Below are positions 48,288-56,719 of a DNA stretch of 64,000 nt, piece after piece. Below the pieces are notes generated by a model that was not told the DNA's origin, ran no database searches, and saw nothing but the letters and a program-made list of their open reading frames with translations. The DNA comes from an uncultured Desulfatitalea sp. (GTDB lineage Bacteria > Desulfobacterota > Desulfobacteria > Desulfobacterales > Desulfosarcinaceae): NCBI GenBank assembly GCA_963668675.2, contig CAXXMB010000001.1, positions 960,001 to 1,024,000 on the forward strand. The letters run 5' to 3'. Positions within the stretch are counted from its first letter, which is position 1; every line of letters starts with the position of its first letter. The translations under genes were made by a program, and so were the position numbers.

Positions 48288-50240
48288 ATGCAGACAGCAT
48301 TTGATTTCAACACACAGACCGGTTTCAACCAATACATTGACCTTGATACCTTTGTCACCAGGATGGAGCAGCACTGGACGGAAGAGCTGGAGAACGTATC
48401 GAGCCCGGCTCTCAGGGCCGCCTGGAGGCAAATTGCAGCAGTATTCAAGGCTCACATCATGGACCACGACAAACCCGAAGGCAGCAGGCGCTGGAATGTC
48501 CTAAGCCCTCCCACCGGATCCGGGAAGACAGAATCATCTATTATATACTGCGCCATGCTGGCCGACCTGGACGACTTCTTCCACCCAGGTGCCCTGATCA
48601 TTACCAGACTGATTGACGACTGTGACCGTATCGCTGAGCGTATCAACCAGTACGGCAGCCGGGAAACAGCCATAGCGTTTCACTCTAAGGCTAAGGTGAA
48701 GCTGACCGCCCTTGCATCCTATCCCGTGGTGGTAATCACACACCGGGCATATGAGCAGGCGTTGGACCATCTCGGTGGTCATGGGGAAATCCGACAGACA
48801 TGGCCTTTCTTCCATAACCGAAGCGGAGGAGACACACGAAGGCTGATCATCGTGGATGAGTGTCTGGACATCGTGGAGCATTCCAAAGCAGGTCTTGACG
48901 GTCTCAGGCAGACCCTTGGGGCCATACCGCAGTTTATGCGAGAGAGGTTCCCTCAAGAAGTCAACGCTCTGCAATCTGTCATCCGGGATTTTGAGACCAT
49001 GGCTGAGAAGGCCAAGCAGGCCGCAGCCCGGGAGACCATGTTGGTCAAGGCCCCACTGCATGAAAGGGGGCTGGTCCCGGAAGAAGCTCTTCCCGATATG
49101 TCTCCTTTGGTACAGGCCCTGGACGATATCCGGTTCGATTGGAAGGACCAGACAGCCAACAATCGGCAGAGGGAGACACACAGGAAACGGCTCAAGGCCC
49201 TTCACTATACTTTCAGGTCGTGGATCTACTACGGCAAGTATAAGGCCGATCACACCATGAACACTGCCCGGCTGTTGATTCCCGAGGGGGTCAAGGGGGC
49301 AGTCGTAATGGATGCCACGGCATCGACCAATATCGTTTATGACCTTCATAAGGACAGCCACCGTTTGATCAGCCCGGAGGGTGTGAGGGATTACCGCAAT
49401 GTAACCATGCACATCTCCAAGGGCCACAACATTGGAAAGAACACTATGACCAAGGAGGCCAAGCAGATCACCTCGGACCTCATGCAGTCACTCAATCCAA
49501 TACTGAGAGACCGGAAGGCACTGATCATTTGCCACAAGGACGTCGAGTCTGTTCTTCAGAAGTACGAGACCACCTTCGAACTTCAGACAGGCCACTGGGG
49601 TGCAATCGACGGCTCTAACGAATGGAGAGACTGTGACACAGCCGTGGTGTTCGGCCTTCCCTATCTGCCCGACACATGGACAGCTAATGTGTTCATGGCT
49701 CTTCAGGGGCCCCAGGGCACCGAGTGGCTGAGATCCGACGGAGACCGACCTTTCGGAGACCATCAAGATATAAGGAAGGCCTTGAAGTGGGGGCAATTGT
49801 CGACCTCCATTATTCAGGCCATTAACCGTGTCAGATGCCGAAAGGTGGTAGACGAACAAGGGAACTGCCCGAAGACCGACATCTATATGCTACTGCCGAA
49901 GGGTAACGCCGCCGAGGCAGTGCTGAATGACATCAGACAGGCTATGCCAGGTATCAAGGTGGTCGAGAATTGGAAGTTCAAGAAGAACGCTAAGAAGGCC
50001 CGTGGGTCTAAGTTTGAGCCTGCCTTGGTGAAATTCATGGAGAACCTTAGCACCGGTTCAAAGCTCCCGATGTCTGCTGTTGGGCGAAGGCTTGGGACGT
50101 CACCCAAGGTTTTGCAGACACTCACCGCAAAGCTGAAAGACACCTCCTCCAATCTATGCAAAGCAATGACCGAAGCAAGGGCAAGGCTGGAGGTCTCAGG
50201 TGAAGGCCGGGGGAGCAGGGTTTACCTTGTGAAAGACTGA
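48288..50240 (+). CDS. SF2 helicase-like ATPase, putative replication/origin-binding protein
   Basis: Walker A PPTGSGKT, IIVDE, MDATA (motif III), IDGSNEW, QAINRVR (motif VI); possible C-terminal HTH. Confidence 0.75.
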   Translation: MQTAFDFNTQTGFNQYIDLDTFVTRMEQHWTEELENVSSPALRAAWRQIAAVFKAHIMDHDKPEGSRRWNVLSPPTGSGKTESSIIYCAMLADLDDFFHPGALIITRLIDDCDRIAERINQYGSRETAIAFHSKAKVKLTALASYPVVVITHRAYEQALDHLGGHGEIRQTWPFFHNRSGGDTRRLIIVDECLDIVEHSKAGLDGLRQTLGAIPQFMRERFPQEVNALQSVIRDFETMAEKAKQAAARETMLVKAPLHERGLVPEEALPDMSPLVQALDDIRFDWKDQTANNRQRETHRKRLKALHYTFRSWIYYGKYKADHTMNTARLLIPEGVKGAVVMDATASTNIVYDLHKDSHRLISPEGVRDYRNVTMHISKGHNIGKNTMTKEAKQITSDLMQSLNPILRDRKALIICHKDVESVLQKYETTFELQTGHWGAIDGSNEWRDCDTAVVFGLPYLPDTWTANVFMALQGPQGTEWLRSDGDRPFGDHQDIRKALKWGQLSTSIIQAINRVRCRKVVDEQGNCPKTDIYMLLPKGNAAEAVLNDIRQAMPGIKVVENWKFKKNAKKARGSKFEPALVKFMENLSTGSKLPMSAVGRRLGTSPKVLQTLTAKLKDTSSNLCKAMTEARARLEVSGEGRGSRVYLVKD

Positions 50241-50378
50241 ACGGCCCTCATCCTAATTAACCTTTGTATATTCGTTCTTATAGACTTTAGGATAATTAGC
50301 TCCGACATAAAGACCACTGAAAGACTACCCATGTAATGGGAATCACAGAGAGACCACCTAACGACTTTGTATCCTCTG

Positions 50379-50434
50379 TGTAGTCTGTATGCTGTAGTCT
50401 GTATGCTACATGCTGTATGCTGCATTCTGTATGC
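50379..50434 (+). repeat. Tandem repeat, 4 x 14 bp (iteron-like)
   Basis: TGTAGTCTGTATGC, TGTAGTCTGTATGC, TACATGCTGTATGC, TGCATTCTGTATGC; invariant CTGTATGC. Confidence 0.85.
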
Positions 50435-50831
50435 TGTCTTGGTTGTAGGATAAACCTACAGATGCAACCGAGGATAGTAGATCCCCTGTCATGCTCAGGC
50501 AAAGTCAATGAAGTCCTCCCACTTAGTCCTGAGGTATCAGGGGGTGTCTTCCTTATGGGGTGTGTCTTTCCCTTCCCAAGCCAAGCTATAGACGTCCGAC
50601 GGCACCAACGTCCATAGCTCACCCACTTCCACCTTCACCAGAACCCACAACGTGATGAACCATGAATAGGCCGAGGTCTTCCTTCATGGTCAAGTTGAGT
50701 GGATACTTCTGTGTGGAGGTGGGGGTGGTCTTTAATTATGTCGCGTGTCTGTCTGTGTGTATGGCTCTTAAGGATTCCCCAAGCGGTTCTTAATGAACTC
50801 CCACAGACTCCCCACAACAACCTTTTAACCG

Positions 50832-51488
50832 TTGATCAAGGAGAACACATCCACCATCATGCCAATGTATGCCAACATATCCGAAGCACGTAGAGCAAAC
50901 GAACGCCTTGCCTGCAAGGTCAAAGGATGCACCGAGAACCGATACAGGATCTCGGGCTACTGCCGCAGACACAATGCAATCAACAGTATCTACGGTTCCC
51001 CCTACCACAAGCGAATCGATGCCCGGGACTACGCCATGGAGACCGTTGAGTGTCTCGGGGTAATCAGCAAGAACCACCTCAAGAACCACCAGGGGGTCCT
51101 TTTCGGTCTAAGATTCTTTCACCAGTGGCTAACCGATGCCGCCGAAGGAAAACCACGGACACCTGCTTCTGCCGACATGAAGCGTCTTTATGACGCCGGA
51201 ATAACCCCCACAGACCTCCTTACCACCTCGGCTGCCATGGTCCTATTTCAAAGCCGGTACCCTTTGCGGATCCGGGATGGTCGACACCTCAATTATTGCA
51301 TCGGTACCCGGATCCTTCGAAGTGCATCTAATCCAGGCATACTTAGAGGGCCCCAGGTCCGGGAGGTCGGAGAGCACGTCTGGAATAACCTAAAGGTACT
51401 TCTGGTGAACATCGCAAACACCATCCAGAGAAAAGAAGCGGACAACCAGGAAAACCTCAAAGCCATGTACAAGGAGCTATTGATATGA
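50832..51488 (+). CDS. Hypothetical protein with C3H zinc-finger-like motif
   Basis: CKVKGC-x10-CRRH near the N-terminus; start uncertain. Confidence 0.7.
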   Translation: MIKENTSTIMPMYANISEARRANERLACKVKGCTENRYRISGYCRRHNAINSIYGSPYHKRIDARDYAMETVECLGVISKNHLKNHQGVLFGLRFFHQWLTDAAEGKPRTPASADMKRLYDAGITPTDLLTTSAAMVLFQSRYPLRIRDGRHLNYCIGTRILRSASNPGILRGPQVREVGEHVWNNLKVLLVNIANTIQRKEADNQENLKAMYKELLI

Positions 51489-51766
51489 CTGATGCTAATC
51501 CTGTCAACTTTGTTTCTACCATTACTAAGAAGCCTAAGCCAAAAGGCAAGCCACACTCAACCCTCATGCTTCCCGATGAGGTCAGGCTGGTCTTCCCCGT
51601 GCTGGTCCCTAAGCGATACAGTGTCGACCCGAACTCATACAAGGCCTACACTCCCGAAGAGGCCGAGGCAAAGGGTTTCATAAGGTTCCACACTAAACCG
51701 GAAGACGGTAACGGCTCCTGGAAGCTCGAGCTCTACTGGGATGTCGAGCTGACGTTTCGTTCTTAA
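51485..51766 (+). CDS. Hypothetical protein
   Basis: 93 aa, ATGA-coupled to the upstream gene, RBS AAGGAG. Confidence 0.6.
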   Translation: MTDANPVNFVSTITKKPKPKGKPHSTLMLPDEVRLVFPVLVPKRYSVDPNSYKAYTPEEAEAKGFIRFHTKPEDGNGSWKLELYWDVELTFRS

Positions 51767-51800
51767 CCCTCAAAGACAAAAGAAAGGAGGTGATGCGTAG

Positions 51801-51917
51801 ATGTTAGAGAGTCTGATAGGTGACGCCATCGGTTTTAGTATGGTCGCTGCCTGTGTATACGGTTATGTCTCGGCCTTTATCGATTGGCGTGAGCGCTCGT
51901 CTCGCCGCCGCCCGTAA
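51801..51917 (+). CDS. 38 aa single-TM peptide (type I toxin-like)
   Basis: MLESLIGDAIGFSMVAACVYGYVSAFIDWRERSSRRRP; perfect RBS AAGGAGGTGA; too short for the ORF track. Confidence 0.55.
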   Translation: MLESLIGDAIGFSMVAACVYGYVSAFIDWRERSSRRRP

Positions 51918-52039
51918 CGCCCCATAAGGCCTTTTCCTTCCACCTTCTTATCCCTTTAACCCAGTAATATCCCTATTTCACCGTTTCTCAATAATTTTTA
52001 CCACCCTTTATTCAGGTATATAACGAAAGGAATAACAAT

Positions 52040-52918
52040 ATGGCATCTGTCAAAAGTCAAAGTGGACCAAGAACAATCACAGTAACATCCCCTATGGGAA
52101 GCGCCCCAGACCTCAGCCCCAGCGTAACCAAGACCTCTGCGTCACATTACGAAACCGACACCAGAGGCAGACAGATCAACGCCCGAACAGGACAAATGGA
52201 TGCTTTGCCAAGCGGAGAGATTCAGCCTTCCCGTGACATGCACTCAGCCTTTCCAGGAATCCTCGGCACTGCCCGGACCATCGGTGGCAGCCCCATCAAC
52301 GACATGTCCAAGATAAACGACAACACCCGGGTAACCATCCAGGGTGCTGAATGTGAAGTCGGCACGGCTGTCCAGATGGGATACCTTGTGAAACACGCTG
52401 ACGGCACCTATGCGGAACCCGGTAGCGGTTCCTCAAAGAATACCATAAGTGTCGAACGTGGAAACAAGGCGAAGGCCCAGCAGCAGGCCCAGCAGGCCAA
52501 ACGGACTGACTTCGTGGGTGCCAGTAACAAGCGGGTCTTGAACAAGATGAAAGAGAAGGGCGGCGACAAACACACCGATGCCCTTGTCAGCAAGGCTTTG
52601 GCTGTTGCCGTTTCTGAACCGAATCTCTCAGGTGAATCCGTATCGGGTGACCGTCTGGCTAAAGAGATGGAACGGGCCTTTGGTTTGGAGCCCCTGGAAT
52701 CAGCGACTTTCATGGAAAATGTCCTTAACGAAATCCAAGACAATGCAGCGCGATACATGACCAAGAACATGGGCGTCGATGGTCACAAGGTCATGATGTT
52801 CATGCACGATAAGCTGTCCAAGACCGCCCAGGTATCTATCATGACCGGGCTGTACCATGGCAGCAAGGCAACGCTTCATCAGTTGGTGACTATGTATAAG
52901 AACGGGGATAGGGTGTAG
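52040..52918 (+). CDS. Hypothetical protein
   Basis: 292 aa, RBS AAAGGA, followed by a purine/pyrimidine hairpin (about 52928-52977). Confidence 0.75.
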   Translation: MASVKSQSGPRTITVTSPMGSAPDLSPSVTKTSASHYETDTRGRQINARTGQMDALPSGEIQPSRDMHSAFPGILGTARTIGGSPINDMSKINDNTRVTIQGAECEVGTAVQMGYLVKHADGTYAEPGSGSSKNTISVERGNKAKAQQQAQQAKRTDFVGASNKRVLNKMKEKGGDKHTDALVSKALAVAVSEPNLSGESVSGDRLAKEMERAFGLEPLESATFMENVLNEIQDNAARYMTKNMGVDGHKVMMFMHDKLSKTAQVSIMTGLYHGSKATLHQLVTMYKNGDRV

Positions 52919-53268
52919 TAGTATATCGGAAGGTGGAGGGGGAGGGGTCATTGGGGCTTCTCCTCCCTTCCTCTCCTCAATGCATATCTATCTCTCACAT
53001 AAAATCCCCGTCGAGACCTGATATACAACATATGTAAAATTTGGCTTGACAGACAACAAGATGTTGATGTATACATGTAAATATTCTGCACTGCACTTTT
53101 TACTTCGAATCCCTGTGAAACCCCTTAATGGTGTCGCTAAGGTTATAGGTGATCGATGAGAGCCATGCAGAATCCCATCCAAGTCATATCTCTCAGCGCA
53201 TCAACTTCAAACCATAGGAAATTTTAATCTATTTAAAACTGATTGGATGGGATTCATTAGGCGTGACG

Positions 53269-53418
53269 ATGAATTTTGATAGCTTTATTCAGCAACTTTT
53301 TGAGAATTACGGGACTGCAGGACTTCTCATTGGATCGGTTGTATTAGTGATTGTGTACTTTATAAAAAACGGCCGTATCACGTATGAGTATCCACGTCCT
53401 AAGAACGACAAAGATTAA
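53269..53418 (+). CDS. 49 aa single-TM peptide
   Basis: MNFDSFIQQLFENYGTAGLLIGSVVLVIVYFIKNGRITYEYPRPKNDKD; weak RBS. Confidence 0.4.
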   Translation: MNFDSFIQQLFENYGTAGLLIGSVVLVIVYFIKNGRITYEYPRPKNDKD

Positions 53419-53874
53419 GTCCAGCCCCTTTTGATCGCAGCCGCCGGGACGGTCCTGTTCTATCCTCTCGTTTAGGGAGATGACCTCCTTTGCGAGTGTA
53501 GGGACTTTCTGGCTGTCGGTCGCGTGGACATAGGCACCGGTCTTGCGGATCTCCGGGAGAACCTCGTGGGTGACCCAACGCTTGAAGGTCTTGGCCTTGA
53601 GCTTGCGGGAACGCATGATCAGGGAATACAGGCCTGGTTCGTTGATGATAAGACGGGATCCATTGTCTCCACCTCGGCCAGGTGTTTGGAGGTCGGTTAA
53701 AACGACCTTCGATTTTTCATCATGATCCAGGCGGGATACAGCATGTTTAGCTTCCAGCCCCAACACCTCACAAACATCCTTAGCCACCCACCACGGTTCC
53801 CCCTTCTCATCCTGGATCATGGTGATGTCGTAGTTCTCACCGAGGATGCTGGGGTCGTAGACATTTCCCATCAC
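53344..53874 (-). CDS. BRO-N domain protein (antirepressor-like), probably truncated at the C-terminus
   Basis: PWWVAKDVCEVLGL, INEPGLYSLIMRS, FKRWVTHEVLPEIRKTGAY. Confidence 0.85.
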   Translation of the reverse strand: MMGNVYDPSILGENYDITMIQDEKGEPWWVAKDVCEVLGLEAKHAVSRLDHDEKSKVVLTDLQTPGRGGDNGSRLIINEPGLYSLIMRSRKLKAKTFKRWVTHEVLPEIRKTGAYVHATDSQKVPTLAKEVISLNERIEQDRPGGCDQKGLDLIFVVLRTWILIRDTAVFYKVHNH

Positions 53875-54583
53875 CGAAGGTTCTTATATCAAGACCATAT
53901 TCTTCTGCTAAGATAATCATATCACCAGAGCCAGCATAAGAGCCATATCCGAGACGCATGGTTCCATCTTGTATGCTGAACCCACACAGGTCGAAAACCA
54001 CCCAAGCAAGGAAGGACAGAATATCAGCCACTGCCTGTAATGAATGCTTCGGCTCGAATATACTAAAATAGATAGGGTAATCTCTTGACTTTGTTTTCTT
54101 CACAACAATCTCAACATCCTTTTTATCAGGGGTGAGGCGTCCTCCTGCTTTTCTTGGTTTTGGATGAACGAATTCATTACGACACCTAACAACCTCCTTA
54201 ATTTTGGCATATAGATCATTTCCCCTGTCCAGCTGCTTGCCAAGTGAAGTGCAAAAAATCTCGAACTTTAAAAGTGTAGGTAACTTCTCAAGGTCCGAAT
54301 AAAGAGCACTGCTTGTTCCCATCCCCAAAAGAAGTGCGTTGGCTGCGGCCTCTAATGCGTTTGATGCAAGAAGAAACGAGTATCTACATTGCATGGCTGA
54401 TTCTACGTACATGCTATAGCGGTGGTGGTCATCCTCCTCGTATTGTCGAGCCTCTTCGAGATATGATAAACCAGACCTGAGTGCTGAAAAAGCCTCGCAC
54501 ATATACTCATGGTAGGTATCAATTGTGATGAATGGTTCTTTCATAGTTTGAGGCCGAACATTGATATCGAAGACACGTCTCAT
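53837..54583 (-). CDS. HEPN-motif protein (putative RNase)
   Basis: Helical protein with ALEAAAN and an RNEFVH (R-x4-H) motif. Confidence 0.6.
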   Translation of the reverse strand: MRRVFDINVRPQTMKEPFITIDTYHEYMCEAFSALRSGLSYLEEARQYEEDDHHRYSMYVESAMQCRYSFLLASNALEAAANALLLGMGTSSALYSDLEKLPTLLKFEIFCTSLGKQLDRGNDLYAKIKEVVRCRNEFVHPKPRKAGGRLTPDKKDVEIVVKKTKSRDYPIYFSIFEPKHSLQAVADILSFLAWVVFDLCGFSIQDGTMRLGYGSYAGSGDMIILAEEYGLDIRTFGDGKCLRPQHPR

Positions 54584-54806
54584 TTCGGTAATAGATATGC
54601 AGAGGCTATCCCAGGGGTTTGGTATGTGTCAAAACCTTTCCGAACTCCTCGAATGCGATACCTAAGCCTCTCTCTTGTCAATCCTGAGCCACCATAGACC
54701 ACCTCGACTTCTGATATTTACGTAGGGTCGATATTTGACACATCTTTCCTGTTGCGTACCTGTACGGTATCGTACTTATATATTTGTATTTATTAAATAT
54801 TTTATC

Positions 54807-54835
54807 TTGACAGCCTTCTCCTTTCCATCTATAAA
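54807..54835 (+). promoter_or_regulatory. Sigma70 promoter
   Basis: TTGACA-N17-TATAAA with an AT-rich UP region. Confidence 0.65.
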
Positions 54836-54926
54836 AAACACCAGACAATCGGAACCGATGGCCCGGGACCATCTCGCTTCAGCCGCACCATAGCCACGCT
54901 CGACCCTTTATGAGGAGGTAAGCCGA

Positions 54927-55181
54927 ATGAAAATAGATGTCGTCACAAATGGACAACACCGGCAGCAGCAACAAGAGCAACAGGTGGAGCTCGAGCTCAT
55001 ACCCGGCCAAGGTATCTTTATCGAGTATCAAAACGGAAACGGGAGATGGGAAGGCAGAGAAGCAGACAGCCTCTACTATCGGTGGGAAGACCTGAGCGGA
55101 GATATTCAGGAGAAGTTACAGAAGCTCAACGACAACTTTAGCAAACAGATCAAAGAGGCCTTTTCTATTCTCTCACCTTAG
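54927..55181 (+). CDS. Hypothetical protein
   Basis: 84 aa, RBS GAGGAGG, promoter upstream, convergent with the integrase. Confidence 0.65.
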   Translation: MKIDVVTNGQHRQQQQEQQVELELIPGQGIFIEYQNGNGRWEGREADSLYYRWEDLSGDIQEKLQKLNDNFSKQIKEAFSILSP

Positions 55182-55296
55182 CGTAGGTGTGCGGCTGTGG
55201 ACATGGGGAAAGGCCGGGGGGAGAAGGGCTCCATGGTAACTGGTGGGTGTCCCGTGGAGGCCTTACCCTTCTACTCCCCCTTGGCCTTATCCCGTT

Positions 55297-56421
55297 TTAT
55301 CCAACAGAGGGAAACACTTCATCAGCGACACTCACAGCCCTCCTCAACGCCCCATTGATCAAATGAGCATACCGCTGGGTCATGTCCAAGCTACGGTGCC
55401 CCAGGAGCTCTTTGAGTGTATAGATGTCGACCTTTCCAGATGATGCCAGGTATGAGGCATAAGTGTGTCGGAGGTCATGGAACCGAAAGCGCTTAAGCTC
55501 TGCCTTCTTGCGGATCCTCTTCCAAACACAGTCAAAGCTGTGGAAATAATTGCCTGTCAGAGACGGGAAGACCCACTGTGACACCTTCAGCTCCTCGCAT
55601 CGCTTGAGAACTGTCAAGGCGTTATCCCCCACCGGCAGCACCTGTGTCCGGTTGTTCTTTGTGGTCTCGGTCTTAAAGGAGACGTATCCATTGATAACGT
55701 CGACGCTATCCCAGGTTAGCTTAAGGATTTCCCCTCTCCTCTTCCCTGTATAAAGGGCAAACTTGATGACCAGCACCGCCCTTTCGTTTGAATCCCAGGA
55801 GTCGAGGGTTTCCGATAGACGCCCAAGCTCATCCCCTGAGAGTGCCCTGGTGACCTTGTTGTCGAACTTGGGTATCTCAGCTTTGCCACAAGGGTTCGGG
55901 ATGGTGTCCGGGCAGATGCCCTGCTTCATGCTCCAGTTGTAAAGCCGCCGTATGAGGGCGTATACCTGCTTGATAGTCGAAGGACGGTATGGCCTTTCTG
56001 TCCGAGGAGAGACGGACACCTTCATAGTATCGAGGACGGCCTGGATTTCAGCGGGGCGTATCTTATCCATTCGCTTGCTGCCGAGTGTCGGCTTGATGTG
56101 ATGACCCCACCGCTGTTTATCGTCTTTCCAGCTCCTCTTGTTGGTTTCGGCCCATTTGGCGTAGGAATTCCATGCAACGGAGAGTATCGGGAATGGCTGG
56201 AGGTCGAACACCTGAACTTCAACCTTCATGGTCCTGAACTTGCCCTCAACATTTTGGGCTGTCTCCAGGGAGTCTACAACCTGCAATTTGCGCTTGCCGT
56301 TTGGCATCCTAACACTAACCCGATATTTTCGCCGTTTCTCCAAGTTAGCGCCACAAACACACCGCTTCTTTCCAAGCTTGAATTCCTTTTTACAGTCGAG
56401 ACATCTAACAAAAATGGCCAT
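55297..56421 (-). CDS. Tyrosine recombinase (phage integrase family)
   Basis: TGKRRGEI, TTKN, FHDLRHT, LGH, QRYAHL: complete R-K-HxxR-H-Y set; N-terminal Cys pairs. Confidence 0.95.
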   Translation of the reverse strand: MAIFVRCLDCKKEFKLGKKRCVCGANLEKRRKYRVSVRMPNGKRKLQVVDSLETAQNVEGKFRTMKVEVQVFDLQPFPILSVAWNSYAKWAETNKRSWKDDKQRWGHHIKPTLGSKRMDKIRPAEIQAVLDTMKVSVSPRTERPYRPSTIKQVYALIRRLYNWSMKQGICPDTIPNPCGKAEIPKFDNKVTRALSGDELGRLSETLDSWDSNERAVLVIKFALYTGKRRGEILKLTWDSVDVINGYVSFKTETTKNNRTQVLPVGDNALTVLKRCEELKVSQWVFPSLTGNYFHSFDCVWKRIRKKAELKRFRFHDLRHTYASYLASSGKVDIYTLKELLGHRSLDMTQRYAHLINGALRRAVSVADEVFPSVG

Positions 56422-56435
56422 CCGAACCTCCTTTA

Positions 56436-56457
56436 GGGTGTGTAAATAGGGTGTAAT
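56436..56457 (+). repeat. Putative integrase arm-type site (right)
   Basis: GGGTGTGTAAATAGGGTGTAAT, 21/22 identical to 44303-44324. Confidence 0.7.
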
Positions 56458-56598
56458 CAGACCCCCTAAAGGTGTCTTTCAGGCCACTTTTGGACGGCAT
56501 CGGTTCCCAGGTCGAGCGCCTCTGGAACCTACATGACCGCCCTATTCTCCCTTTAATTACAATTCCTTAAGAACTTCCCCCTGACACCAAACGGAAAA

Positions 56599-56675
56599 GC
56601 GCCTGTAGCTCAGCTGGATAGAGTGCCGGACTACGAATCCGTAGGTCGCAGGTTCGAATCCTGCCAGGCGCGCCA
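56599..56675 (+). tRNA. tRNA-Arg(ACG), right copy (attR), full length
   Basis: Identical 77 nt copy of 44159-44235. Confidence 0.93.
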
Positions 56676-56682
56676 TTTTTTT

Positions 56683-56719
56683 AAAAGGGGTTCAAGGTCT
56701 TTCCTTGAGCCCCTTTTTT
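56683..56719 (+). terminator. Intrinsic terminator after the right tRNA-Arg
   Basis: AAAAGGGGTTCAAGG-TCTTT-CCTTGAGCCCCTTTTTT. Confidence 0.75.

Larger units (their letters stand above)
44159..56689. mobile_element. tRNA-Arg-integrated element (12,440 bp between repeat starts), satellite/IME-like
   Basis: Identical 91 bp direct repeats 44159-44249 and 56599-56689; tyrosine integrase next to the right repeat; resolvase, helicase-like and BRO genes; no host genes inside. Confidence 0.92.

Noticed and set aside
50379..50434. CRISPR array
   Set aside because: Contiguous 14 bp units with no spacers and no cas genes.
53170..53255. Retron msr-msd or integron attC
   Set aside because: No reverse transcriptase or integron integrase in the window, and no RYYYAAC/GTTRRRY ends.
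44159..56689. Complete prophage or ICE
   Set aside because: No recognisable capsid, terminase, tail, relaxase or T4SS genes in 12.4 kb.
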